A stretch of 64,000 bases of DNA from the NCBI GenBank assembly GCA_038087875.1, contig CM075992.1:8806001-8870000 (forward strand), read 5' to 3'. The DNA comes from Malacoraja senta (Eukaryota). A program made the translations under genes and the position numbers. Positions 48,871 to 61,720 of this stretch are shown in pieces (positions within the stretch are counted from its first letter, which is position 1; each line of letters opens with the position of its first letter). The notes under the pieces are model-generated. The model was not told the origin of the DNA, did not search any database, and was given only the letters and a program-made list of their open reading frames with translations.

Positions 48871-50904
48871 TATCCTATAACTTTAAACAAAACTAAACAC
48901 CACTTTGAATGATTTCATAAATGGCAAGTATCACTTAAAAATAGCAGAGTCAGGGAATATGGGGAGAAGGCAGGAACGGGGTACTGATTGGGGACGATCA
49001 GCCATGATCACAATGCATGGCGGTGCTGGCTCGAAGGGCCAAATGGCCTACTCCTGCACCTATTGTCTATTGTCTGTTGTCCAAATGGTAGTGTGAAATG
49101 TGGCTCTTTCTCCATCCCTGGTTACAAGTTTGTGACCTTCAGTGTGACAAGGGCACACACACACACACACACACAATTATACAAACCATGCCGGGGAGGT
49201 GTACACTGTCATCAGGCTAAGTTGTGTCAAGAACAAATACAAGGTGAAGTGAGCCCGGCTCAAAAGGAAAGATTGACTTGGTTTGTTTCCATCTACAGTA
49301 ACTACTGAGCAACAAAGTGTTCCCAAAAATATTGATTGTTGGTTGGGGTTTATGACTCAACACTTTGGAACGAGGCAAGTGTACAAAGTCGTGTCAGATG
49401 TAAAGACAGAGGAGTCCACTGGTCCATTCATACATCAGGAGGTACACAAAAATGCTGGAGAAACTCAGCGGGTGCAGCAGCATCTATGGAGCGAAGGAAA
49501 TAGGTAACGTTTCGGGCCGAAACCCTTCTTCAGACACTGTTTACTGGCTGAGTACGGTTCTGGGCACCATGTTATAGGAGTTCCCCCCCCCTCCCCCCCA
49601 ACCCCGCCGCCACGGTTACCATGGAGCAGGTAGCTTGTGATCCCGTGGACAAAATTGCTGGAGAAACTCAGCGGGTGCAAGCACCCGCTGAGTTTCTCCA
49701 GCAATTTTGTCTACCTTCGTTTTACCAGCATCTGCAGTTCCTTCTTGAACATGTAATCCCGTACCACCTGCTCCATGGTCGCAAAGTCGGCGACTAAACC
49801 GTCTCCCCCACCTGGTTAGCCAGGTGAGGAGGGGGCTGTGGACCCCCAGCAGGACCAAAAGCAAAGACCTGTCAAAGGGCGGATGAGCTCCTAGCGAGCC
49901 AACGGCCATCCACACTTCAGTAGAAGTTGCGATCACTGTCGTACACGGCATTGTAAGGCCCGTTGATGTTCTCAACCATGGTGATGATGTTATAGGAAAG
50001 ATGTTGTCAAGCTGGAAAGGGCACAGAAAAGATTTACAAGGATGTTGTCAGGACTAGAGGGATCTGTGCAGGCTGGGACACTATTCCTTGGAGCACAGGA
50101 GGATGGGCGGTGTTTTTATAGAGGGTGTATAAAATCACGAGAGGAAGCTGCAGAGTCTCTTGCCCAGAGTAGGGGAATCGAGGACCAGAGGACAGAGGTT
50201 AAAGGTGAAGGGGAAAAGATTTAATAGGTAACTTTTTCACACAAAGGGTGGTGGATGTATGGAACGAGCTGCCAGAGGAGGTAGTTGAGGCTGGGACTAT
50301 CCCGACGTTTAAGAAACAGTTAGACAGGTACATGGATAGGACAGGTAGACAAAAATGCTGAAGAAACTCAGCGGGTGAGGCAGCATCTATGGAGCGAAGG
50401 AATAGGCAACGTTTCGGGTCGAAACCCTTCTTCTGTTCCTTCTTAAACCTAGATAGGACAGGTTTGGAGGGATATGGACCAAATGCAAGCAGGTGGGACT
50501 AGTGTAGCTGGGACATGTTGGCCGGTGTGGGCAAGTTGGGCTGAAGGGCCTGTTTCTACGCTGTATCACTCTATGACTCTATAGTGAAAGCTCTGGGCTC
50601 TGACAACACCCAGGTGCATGGGGAAGACACAAAGTGCCAGAGTACCTCAGCTAGTCAGGCAGCATCTCTGCAGGACATGGACAGGCGACGTTTCGGGACG
50701 GGACCTTTCTTCAGGTGTCGCTATTTAGAGCACATTGCACACCACTCTATACTGCACACCTGTGGTCGAACTATGGAAAGACAAGTTTGCAGAGACTAAA
50801 GGTGTCATATGATGATGCCATGAGAACACTGCTAAGGAAACCTAGATGGTGTAGTAACATGTTTGTGGCTGCAGGAGTCAGTACTTTAGAAGTTATGACC
50901 ATAT

Positions 50905-51735
50905 AACATATAACAATTACAGCACGGAAACAGGCCATCTTGGCCCTTCGTGCTGAACATTTACTCTCACCTAGTCCCATCTACCTGCACTCAGACCATA
51001 ACCCTCCATTCCTTTCCCGTCCATATACCTATCCAATTTATTTCTAAATGATAAAAACGAACCTGCCTTCACCACTTCCACTGGGAGCTCATTCCACACA
51101 GCTACCACTCTCTGAGTAAAGAAGTTCCCCCTCATGTGGCCCCTAAACTTTTGTCCCTTAATTCTCAACTCATGTCCCCTTGTTTGAATCTTCCCTACTC
51201 TCAATGGGGAAAAGCTTATCCACGTCAACTCTGTCTATCCCTCTCATCATTTAAAAGACCTCTAACAAGTTCCCCCTTAACCTTCTGCGCTCCAAAGAAT
51301 AAAGACCTAAAATCCTAAGAAATCATAAGAAATAACCATAAGAAATAATCATAAGAAAAGCTATCCTAAGATACAGGAATGTAGGAAGATGCAGGAAGAT
51401 TGCTCCCGATGTTGGGGAAGTCCAGGACAAGGGGTCACAGTTTAAGGATAAGGGGGAAATCCTTTAAAACCGAGATGAGAAGAACTTTTTTCACACAGAG
51501 AGTGGTGAATCTCTGGAACTCTCTGCCACAGAGGGTAGTCGAGGCCAGTTCATTGGCTATATTTAAGAGGGAGTTAGATGTGGCCCTTGTGGCTAAAGGG
51601 ATCAGGGGGTATGGAGAGAAGGCAGGTACAGGATACTGAGTTGGATGATCAGCCATGATCATATTGAATGGCGGTGCAGGCTCGAAGGGCCGAATGGCCT
51701 ACTCCTGCACCTAATTTCTATGTTTCTATGTTTCT
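50905..51735. mobile_element. Head-to-head CR1 3' fragments (50905-51310 minus; 51385-51735 plus)
   Basis: TRGHELRIKGQKF...GYGLSAGRWD* and TRGHSLRIRGKSF...GTGY*. Confidence 0.88.
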
Positions 51736-52023
51736 ATATTATATGTATAAATTCATTTGCAGGATAAATGACTCTAAAAATGTAATTATTGTGGCCTTGT
51801 CAAACACACGGTTTAGCTCTACACGCTACAAATCCCAGCTGTGGAGACACTGGTATCGTTGTCTCCTTGTAGGACATTGATCATTCTTTTATTCTGGATT
51901 TTAATTCATGTATTGTGTTTTTTTAAAATATATAATTGATGATGTTTTTATAAGTGATATACTAAGATTTTATATGTACTTTATGATATTTTTTAATATG
52001 CAATGCATTTTTTTGTAATGTTG

Positions 52024-52223
52024 NNNNNNNNNNNNNNNNNNNNNNNNNNNNNNNNNNNNNNNNNNNNNNNNNNNNNNNNNNNNNNNNNNNNNNNNNNNNN
52101 NNNNNNNNNNNNNNNNNNNNNNNNNNNNNNNNNNNNNNNNNNNNNNNNNNNNNNNNNNNNNNNNNNNNNNNNNNNNNNNNNNNNNNNNNNNNNNNNNNNN
52201 NNNNNNNNNNNNNNNNNNNNNNN
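52024..52223. other. Assembly gap (200 N)
   Basis: Run of N. Confidence 1.
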
Positions 52224-52244
52224 CAGATGCTAGTTTACACCGAA

Positions 52245-52396
52245 AATGGACACAAAATACAGGAGAACTCAGCGGGTCAGGCAGCATCTCTGGGTGACGT
52301 TTCGGGTCGAGACCCTTCTTCAGACCCAAAACGTCACCCATTCCTTCTCTCCAGAGATGCTACCTGACCCGCTGAGTTACTACAGCATTTTGTGTT
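52245..52396. mobile_element. Fold-back Penelope-derived element with an intact minus-strand hammerhead-like motif (52296-52323)
   Basis: GACGTTTCGGGTCGAGACCCTTCTTCAG followed by the inverted arm. Confidence 0.8.
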
Positions 52397-54638
52397 TATC
52401 TATAGTGCCAAGTGTGACTACTTAAGATAACTTTTCTTTCCTGATTAATTCCCGTCTGTTTCTCTGAAGGTCTCATCACATTCTGGTACGTACCCCCATT
52501 AGGAGAAGTGCAGAATATCACAGCTTCAATGTTAGGTTTGGGGAGAGGGGTGGACAGAAACATAAAGGATATGGTGCAGAGACCCTGCTGGAGGTCACTC
52601 ATTGTGATTCAGATTTCAGAGTTTGGCAGCTGGATCTTTCTGTTCTACAACCAGACTGCTTCAAGTGCACAATACCGATTGTGAGCTTCCAGTGTGCACA
52701 AACAAGGCACCAGGGCAGCCAAAAAGGTCACTCAACATAAGAGTATGGGATGAGAAATTTATTCTAAATAAATTTAAAACGGCAGTCATTTGTCACGTAA
52801 ATTAAGAAGAGATATTCTTAAAAGGGCCCAACATTTCCTCATCATGTACTTCTCCAGTCACCCTGCTACCTTTGATTTGGTTGGTTCAAACATATGGCCC
52901 CTGCTCTCAAAGGGATCTGTTGATCTAATAGCCAAGTATTTTACAAAACAAAGCAGAGGGAGGGTGACCTAGTGCTTGTAATAAACAGGCCTGGATGGCT
53001 TTCCTCAGCCTTTCCACAGCAGTGGCAAGACTAAAACACAAAATGGCCATTCCACTGTGAAAGAAGCCCAATGCATTGAATCTTCCCTCTTTGCTGACGA
53101 GGATTAACCTCACCACCCCCGTGGGATTTAATTTTCTTTATGGTTTGCCTCTCAATTACTACCCGTCAGTCACCACAGGTTTCACCTACTGCTATTAAAA
53201 TACATTTAACGTTTGTGGAATGAACAATTGATTATTGATTCGCTGAATTGTAACCCCCCAACATTAAGCCTTCCCTCCGCCTCTCCTGGAAGATATAATG
53301 TTGGATGGTATTGGTCTTCTAGTACATATTAGCAGGTATTTCTCATGGATCAAAGTAAATCCGAGCCCAAAAGTTGTTCACATCCTTCAAGGGCAGACCA
53401 GAACCATTTCGATATTGTAGCCAATTTTCCTCTTCCCTTTCTACATCCATCTTCTCCGCCATTATCCAAGCCAAGCAGACATCCAACTGCTCTTGCAAAG
53501 CCCAGGGATTAATTGTATGATTTTCCTGGCCTGAAATGGCTCACCATTTTAAGTTGAGCCACTGCATGAGGTGCCGTGACAACAGGATCCGAGGGATTAC
53601 CTAAGCTGCTTCCTCCAAACTCGTGGAAGGATCCGCATCCACATTCAACAGGGACATGGACATGTAAGCAATTTGAACATAGATCTGGCAGATCCAATGC
53701 AGTAAAATAAAACATTTGAAAGTACCATTCTGGTTAGGTATTCCTTAACAAGTGTCTTCATTTAAACTTCTTTAACAAATTAGAAAGAAACACTTCCATA
53801 AAGCACGGGCAGCATTCACAACATGTCTATTGGATGTTCAATTAAATGCCAGGTGTGCCAAACAAGAAAAAAAGTCCTGCAACACCAGGACAAGTAACGC
53901 TGGCTACAAGGCGACACTTGACACTAATAGGTTTTCTATTGTACCCCCTGCTCTACCCAAGACCAAGATAGCCTGTGTATTCAGAATAACACGGTTTATG
54001 TAATGGTCACAGGAGAGAATATTAAATTAGACCTAAATGAGTTAATGGAGCAATATCAGGCAAAAGGCTCCCTTTCACATCTTTGCCTCTAACTGGAGTT
54101 GATATGTTAACAAAGTAACATGGATAAAGTTGCTAGAGTTAAATTGTTTAATGGACGAGCCTCATAATGTTGAGTGTGTAAACTCGCTCAACATGTCACA
54201 GTGGAACTGCCCCTTCAGCTGTGAACCATGCACTTCCTTCCGATGACTATCACACTCGGGAGTGAAAATTGATCTGATACTAGAGTGACTTGAAGCTGGT
54301 GAGGGCAGAGGGGCTTTGGTCTATTTTGGAGGGGGGAGGGGGGAGTAAACATTTAAGGGAAGGAAGGAGAGTCAAAGCTGGAAAGCAATGATGTGTAACA
54401 TTTGCAAGAGCTAAGATTTAGGTCAAAATGGTACAGCTTTGACACAACCTTCAGGTCGACCTGTGTAGTCAGTATTACTGCAGAATTACATGAACAAATA
54501 AACTCACACCTGGCCCAACACAATAAATAACATCCACACATCCCTCCCCCATGCTTGTTTCTACAAACATAGTGTTAATAAATTACAAATCCTAGGCTTT
54601 CCCCGCATCGGTATTGAAAGGGAATGAAGGAAGTCTGC
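52396..54638 (-). other. GET3: Probable long 3' UTR of GET3
   Basis: About 2.2 kb free of recognisable SINE/LINE directly after the stop codon. Minus-strand AATAAA at 52758-52763. The transcript end cannot be determined from sequence. Confidence 0.5.
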
Positions 54639-54767
54639 TCATTTGCTGGGCGGCAGGTAAGGCTCGAGTAAGAGCTTGGAGAAAGTATTGACTTTGTCAG
54701 TGCCCCTGACTTCGTGAGGTAACAGCGGGAGCTTCACTATGTGAAAATCTTCATACAGATCCTCCAT
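54639..54767 (-). CDS. GET3: GET3/ASNA1 terminal coding exon (stop TGA at 54639-54641)
   Basis: [42 protein letters not shown], preceded by a polypyrimidine tract and ccag acceptor. Confidence 0.96.
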   Translation of the reverse strand: MEDLYEDFHIVKLPLLPHEVRGTDKVNTFSKLLLEPYLPPSK

Positions 54768-56681
54768 CTGGAAAACAAAAAAGCAAAGTTTAAAAAGATG
54801 TACAAAAACACTTTTTAAAAAGGATATTGGGATGAGGATAGGTGATTGTGAGTGGGATATTTGTTATACTGATTGTATTGGGGTGATTATAGGGTGATGG
54901 TTTGTATATATGACTAAGAGATACTGTATAGTATATGAGTTTTTTTTCTTTTTTCTTTTTTTCTCTCTTTTGTATGGCTTTGTAAATATTTGATTGGTGT
55001 ATACATGTAAATAATTTGGTGTACATATAGCTGCTGGTGTACATATGGTGTACATATAGCTGCTACATTTGTAAAAGATAATTATAAGCAGTTGAATAAA
55101 GGGTGGAAATTAATAAGCTTTGGCTTCTTCCTGCTCCTTTTCGGACACATACGATTTCATCTATTTGTAGATATTTTTTATTACACTTTAAATATTCTTG
55201 TTTTGTTTTTATGTTTTTTGTATGCTGCTTCACACTTGCTTTTTATTCTTTTATTCTGTTCGAAATAAAGAATTAAATAAATAAAGGCTGAAATCTCCTC
55301 TTAAACAGGCAGAAATGCAAACAATTAACTATCCCCCACTGGTAGAGAGCCACAGATGTAGCGACTTGCTAGATGTGTCGAGTCTCGACCCAAAACATCT
55401 CCTATACCTTTTCACCAGAGATGCTGTCTGACCCGCTGAGTAACTCCACCTTTTTGTGTCTATCTTCGACTTGCTTGATGCCCCAGGTACGTTGATGATT
55501 ACATCAAACCGCCAGGTTGGTTTCGGTCATTGAAGTATAACAGGGAAAAATACTGGCCGGGATAGGTTTAGGTTTGGAAAAATATGGATAGCATAGGTTT
55601 AGCTTTAGAGAGTAATTGGGCAAGCATGGGCAGGTGGGGCGAGTGTACATGGGGTATGTTGGCCAGCATGGGCTAGTTGGGCTTCTTCTTATCGAGTCCA
55701 CACACAAGATTAGAAGTTGTTCAGCCAGAGCTGAACACACATCTCGGCATCTGCATACAGTGGTGGTGGAAAGATTGGTGGAAACAGGGCAGAAAGGGCC
55801 TGTTTTCAGGCCATATGACTATGACTTACAAATAGAACAATCACAAGATTACTTTTAAACATCACAAGGGGGAGGGGGGGGGGGGTTACAATCATAAGAT
55901 TACAGCCAGCCCTTTAAGGAATTGGGATTTAATCATAAAATGATTAGCTCCTATTAACATATTTTATAGTCTAGCTTCAACTGTGGGGCTGTGGTTCACG
56001 GAGCTCCCAACACGGGCGGTGCTGACCGACATTGCGGAGTCCCTGGGGCCCTTTGCCGAGGGCCGCTAGTGTTGAATCTCCGCCCGGTGCGGCCTGGGGA
56101 CGTCGGGAGCTGCGGACTCCGGTGGGAAGCGGCCGATTTGGAGGTCCAAGCGGCTGAGGTTGTCCTCCCGTTCCGACGTCGGAGTTCAAACATCCCGCCC
56201 TGAGCGGTGGGACTGCGGAGGCCCCGACCACGGGTGAACATCAGAGGAAGATGACTGACTTGGGTGCCTTCCCTCACAGTGGGAAACTTTTGATTCTGCT
56301 GTGTTGGGGATGTTTTATGTTGAACTCTATCGTGTGTTGTGTTCTTTATTTTATTGTATGGCTGTATGGTGATCACATTTCACTGTGCCAACTGGCACGT
56401 GACAAATAAATGTATCTTGATCTTGACATTCAACAATCAGTCTATAATAACAGCTATTGGATCCATAATTTAAAAAAATTGAACAAAGAAATGAAAATGT
56501 GCCGTACAGCCATGTTTACCAATGATGTTTTCTGTATGTGAAGAAAGGAATTGCAGGTGCTGGTTTATACCGAAGATAGACGCAAAGTGCTGGAGTGCTG
56601 GAGTAACGCAGCGGGACAGGCAGCATCTCTGAAGATGGGTGACGTTTGGGGTGGGAACCGTTGCCCGCTGCAGTGCAGTAC

Positions 56682-56882
56682 CTGGTCTAGGTATTTGGAC
56701 TGGATTTTGTGGCGTGCCTCACACATCCGACAAGGCTTCTCCCCAGGGTCTGGAAACACCAGCTGGTTTACGATGATGTTGTGCGTGTCAATTTTGCACT
56801 TTGCCAACTCTTGAATTAGTCGCTCCGTTTCATACAAGGACAGAAATTCGGCAATGCACACACAGATAAACGTGGTCTGCTC
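56682..56882 (-). CDS. GET3: GET3/ASNA1 coding exon with CxC and zinc-binding CxxC (CRMC)
   Basis: 201-nt exon [67 protein letters not shown]. Canonical splice sites. Confidence 0.97.
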
Positions 56883-56939
56883 CTGCAAGTGATAAAAACA
56901 ACAACTGTGAAGCTGCACAACATCAGTACCAAACATGTG

Positions 56940-57700
56940 GAGTATTGGGAGCCGTTTTGGGCCCCATTTCTGAGGAAGGATGTGCTGGCGTTGGATAGGG
57001 TCTTGGGGAGATTTACAATAATGATCCCAGGAATGATTGGGTGACCATATGATGAGCGTTTGACGGCACTGGGCCTGTACTCGCTGAAGTTCAGAAGGAT
57101 GAGGGGGAACCCCATTGAAACTTGCCAAATATTAAAAGGCCTGGATAGAGTGGATGTGGAGAGGATGTTTCCACTAGTATCTGTGGAATTCTCTGCCTCA
57201 GAGGGCGGTGGAGGCCGGTTCTCTGGATGCTTTCAAGAGAGAGCTAGATAGGGCTCTTAAAAATAGCGGAGTCAGGGGATATGGGGAGAAGGCAGGAACA
57301 GGGTACTGATTGGGGATGATCAGCCATGATCACATTGAATGGCGGTGCTGGCTCGAAGGGCCAAATGGCCTACTCCTGCACCTATTGTCTAGTGGGAGAG
57401 TCTTGGACCAGAGGTCACCGCCAAAGAATTAAAAGAACGTTCCTTTAGCAAGGCGATGAGGAGCAATTTCTTTAGTCAGAGGGTGGTGAATCTGTGGAAT
57501 TCTTTGCCACAGAGGGCTGTGGAGGCCAAGTCAATGGATATTTTTATGGCAGAGATTCTTGATTAGTATGGGTGTCAGGGGTTATGGGGAGAAGGCAGGA
57601 AAATGGGGTTCAGAGGGAGGGATAGATCAGCCATGATTGAATGGCGGAGTAGACTTGATGGGCTGAATGGCCTAATTTCGCTCCTATCACTTATGATCTT
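56940..57700 (+). mobile_element. Nested CR1 fragments (younger 57180-57390 inside an older copy)
   Basis: The older copy breaks at TTTCCACTAGT and resumes CTAGTGGGAGAGTC. Confidence 0.85.
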
Positions 57701-58744
57701 AGGACGTCCAGCTCCTCCCTGACCGTCATCAAGACTTCTCCATTAAACTGTCCCAAGTTCAAGTTTCCCTCCACGGTAAAAGCAAAGAGTACTCATTGAG
57801 GACCTTGCCCATCTCCTGCGAACCAATTCACAGATTAATGCTTGGTTTCTGAGGAGCCATATACCCTCTCAAGTTAGCCTCTTTCCCTTAATGTACTTAA
57901 AACTTCTCATTGGATTCTCCTTAATTTTATCTGTCAGAGCTATCTCCTGCCCACATCTTTGCCTTCCTGATTTCCTTCCCATTTATGTTCCAGTCCCCTA
58001 AACTCCTGTAGGGATACACTTGATCTCAGCTGCCATTACCTGTCCCGCGCCACCACCTTCTTTCTTACCAGAGCCTCAATTTCTTACTCCCAGCTGCCCT
58101 GCCCTTCACTCTAACAGGAACATGCATGCATTGAACTCTCATCGCCACTCTTAAAAGCATCCATCAATCTGGAAATCCCTTTGCCTGCAAGCAATTCCAA
58201 TTATTTCACAAGTTCTCATCTAATATCATCTATGGTTGCAGATACGTGAGATACGATCTTAAAATAATCCGCTGTCTAATTCAGAGGCCACAGAGAAAAC
58301 TGAGAAATCGCTTCTGACTGTCTACTCTATATCCTCAGAAATAGATTCTGACTATCTACCAGTCTATCGGACTATCTTGTTCATTTTTTTGTGCTCCAAG
58401 TTACAATTTGAGGTCAAGTTACAGGATAATTACAGGAAAACATACAATTTCCTCCTGGCGAGCAGGGGGCAGGGACACTCCTGGTGAGCAGGCCCGAATC
58501 GCCCACTGTGGTCAGACGACGGAGGAAGTCGGCCCACAGTGGTGGAGGCGAGGTGGTCAGGTCGGAGCCCCGGTGGCGAGTCGGGCCGAAGAGGAGCCCC
58601 TGTGGATGAGGTCTTGTAGGACCGAAGCCTCAAGGTTTGGGCCCGAGCCTCAAGGTCAAGACAGGCTGAGGACGGGGTCAGGCCGCATCACCGAGACCTA
58701 TGGGCGACCCGGCGTGGGGGGGCGAAGAAGGGATGAACAAGAGG

Positions 58745-59332
58745 AGACGAGTATAGGAGCAAAGAGGTCCTGCTGCAGTTGAACAGAGCCATAGTGAGAC
58801 CACACCTGGAGTATTGTGTGCAGTTTTGGTCCCCTAATTTGAGGAAGGACATTCTTGCTATTGAGGGAGTGTAGCGTAGGTTTACAAGGTTAATTCCCGG
58901 GATGGCGGGACTGTCATATGCTGAGAGAATGGAGCAGCTGGGCATGTACACTCTGGAGTTTAGAAGGATGAGAGGGGATCTCATTGAAACGTATAAGATT
59001 GTTAAGGGCTTTGACACGCTAGAGGCAGGAAACATGTTCCCGATGTTGGGGTAGTCCAGAACCAGGGGCCATTTAGAATGGAGACGAGGAAACACTTTTT
59101 CTCACAGAGAGTTGTGAGTCTGTGGAATTCTCTGCCTCAGAGGGTGATGGAGGCAGGATCTCTGGATGCTTTCAAGAGAGAGCTAGATAGGGCTCTTAAA
59201 AATAGCGGAGTCTGGGGATATGGGGAGAAGGCAGGAACGGGGTACTGATTGGGGATGATCAGCCATGATCACATTGAATGGCGGTGCTGGCTCGAAGGGC
59301 CGAATGGCCTACTCCTGCACCTATTGTCTATT
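58745..59332 (+). mobile_element. CR1/HER1 3' fragment
   Basis: RPHLEYCVQFWSPNLRKDILAIEGV...GYGEKAGTGY*, CTATTGTCTATTG tail. Confidence 0.92.
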
Positions 59333-59462
59333 GAGTACTTTTTGTAACGTTGTCCGCGCCTTGCTGGCGCCTCTTTTGTGTACTTTGTATGCAAAAACAA
59401 AGAATTTCACTACACCTAGCTAGGTACAAATGACAATAGAGTATCAACATCATCATAATTAC

Positions 59463-59570
59463 CGGGTCTTTAAACTGCTCACTGACGGAACGAATGACCG
59501 GCAGGGTCTCTTCCAGCTTGGATGCAAGTTGATCCGCATTCATATCACCGAGTCCAAGCATACTGCACAT
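59463..59570 (-). CDS. GET3: GET3/ASNA1 coding exon
   Basis: 108-nt exon [36 protein letters not shown]; tttcag| acceptor, |gtaatt donor. Confidence 0.97.
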
Positions 59571-59747
59571 CTGAAATACAGGCACTGATTCAATATAGAG
59601 GGATTCCACATCCAACATAACCAAAGATTACTTAGATCACCGACAATGAAAGTGACAATTATTAAGAAATGATTACAGAACAGTCATGTTAAATTTTAAT
59701 TGAAGTCACGATGCGATATTTTATTTCAATTGCAAGTAATCCTAGCT

Positions 59748-60050
59748 ATTTAGTTTAGAGACTTTGCGGGAACAAGCCCATCGACCCACTGAGTCCACGC
59801 CAGCCAGCCAGCGATCCCCGCACGCCAACACTATTCTACACACACTAGGGACAATTTACAATTACCGAAGCCAATTAAGCTACAAACCTGTATGTCTTTG
59901 GAGTGTTGGAGGAAACCGGAGCACCCAGAAGAAACCCACGTGGTCATGGGGAGAAGGTACAAACTCAATGCAGACAGCACCCGTAGTCAGGATGGAACCC
60001 GGGTCTCTGGCGCTGCAAGCCAGCAACTCTACTGATGCACCACTGCCGCC
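59748..60050 (-). mobile_element. V-SINE (diverged)
   Basis: Reverse-complement V-domain and boxes. Confidence 0.8.
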
Positions 60051-60142
60051 TTTCTTTTGGGCATCAATTATCAGTAATTATTTTATCTCATTTCAAACAA
60101 GTAATTATTTGATCTAATTTCAAACAGATAGGTTTAGTCTAC

Positions 60143-60293
60143 CTGGGAGATGAAAGGACTAATTTGGTTTTTAATCTGCATTAGCCGCCCGAGACCCCTC
60201 TCGACGATAGTTGGGAAGTTCAAGAGTCGCAGTGTGTGTCCTGTTGGTGCCGTGTCAAAGACCACCACTGAGAAATTCATGCCTTTCACCAAT
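60143..60293 (-). CDS. GET3: GET3/ASNA1 coding exon with switch II DTAPTGH
   Basis: 151-nt exon, phase-compatible with the previous exon: (R)[50 protein letters not shown]. Canonical AG/GT. Confidence 0.97.
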
Positions 60294-60420
60294 CTGCAAA
60301 ACAGATGCAAAACAAAGGTTATTTCACAAAAAGGCTAAGTTAAGAAAACCCTTCGGTAAAAGTTGCTTTACTTTACTTTAGAGGGACAGCGAAGAAACAG
60401 GCCCTTCGGCCCGTTTCAAC

Positions 60421-60741
60421 CGAAGATCCTATAGATAGACCACTCCTGCTAAATGCAATGGGCTGACGTGTAGTATGCAACGGAGCGGAACGTGGGCCTT
60501 TTTTTCATCCATTTCAGTGACCGGACCCGACCCAACTCGCAGTGTAATCAACGTTGCGGGGGAACAGTTTGTGTTAATACATTATAATTCTGAAAATGAG
60601 AAGATTTTTACCAAAGAACTTTTATTTTTAGTGAGGATGTTTCCGTAACCGGCTTCCGTCTCCGCACTAGTATCTTTGCTCTGCAAAGATACTAGTGTCT
60701 ATTTCGTCGAGTGATCTATCTTGCTTGCTATAGGATCTTTG
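60421..60741. mobile_element. MITE with 14-bp TIRs and a perfect 8-bp TSD, inserted in a V-SINE (60375-60995, minus)
   Basis: GTTTCAAC|CGAAGATCCTATAG...CTATAGGATCTTTG|GTTTCAAC. Confidence 0.88.
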
Positions 60742-61164
60742 GTTTCAACCAGCGATCACCCCATGCAGCAACACTATCCTACACACTAGGGACAACTTAC
60801 AATTTTACCGAAGCCAATCAACCTACAAACCTGCACATCTTTGGAGTGTGGCAGGTGACTGGAGCACGCGGAGAAAACCCAAGCAGATCACAGGGAAAAC
60901 GTACAAACTCCGTACTGACAACACCCGCAGTCCAGATTGAATCCGTGTCTCTGGCACTGTAAGGCAGTAATTCTACCGCTGCGCCACTGTGCCGCCACAG
61001 TGCATCAGAGCATCATTTAGTTGCAAATTACTGTACATATACTGCAGATCCAATCTAATAAAATCTATCCAATTGTAATTCAATGTATCTGGCAAAATAA
61101 GCAGTGTGACGGCAGTCAAATGTACAGCAGCATTTACTATCCAGGTGCCTCTAACATTTAGTAT

Positions 61165-61375
61165 AGGAAAGAACTGCAGATGCTGGTTTAAATCGAAGGT
61201 AGACACAAAATGCTGGAGTAACTCAGCGGGACAGGCAGCATCTCTGGAGAGAAGGAATGGGTGACGTTTCAGGTCAAGAAGTCTGAAGAAGGGTCTTGAC
61301 CCGAAATGTCATCCATTCCTTCTCTCCAGAGATGCTGCCTGTCCCGCTGAGTTACTCCAGCACTTCGTGTCTATC
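61165..61375. mobile_element. Fold-back Penelope-derived element
   Basis: Inverted arms centred near 61280. Confidence 0.85.
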
Positions 61376-61529
61376 TCTAACATTTAACTTTACATCCAAA
61401 ACTAGCAATCAGTGGCAGGATCTTCACAGCAGAAGTGATGAGATTTAAGTTTCAAAGTGATGATCTCCATGGAAAAACCAGGAAGCAAAATGATGGAGGT
61501 TTGTGTCCGAATGTGCAGCAATGAACATA

Positions 61530-61720
61530 CACCAAGCCAATTAACCTACATGCCTGTACGTCTTGCGTGTGGGAGCAAACCGAAGATCTCGGAGAAAACC
61601 CACACGGTCATGGGGAGAACGTACAAACTCCATACAGACAGCACCCGTAGTCGGGATCAAACCCGGGTCTCCGGCACTGCAAGCGCTGTAAGGCAGCAAC
61701 TCTACCGCTGCGCCACCGTG
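61530..61720 (-). mobile_element. V-SINE 5' portion
   Basis: Reverse-complement A/B boxes and V-domain. Confidence 0.8.
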
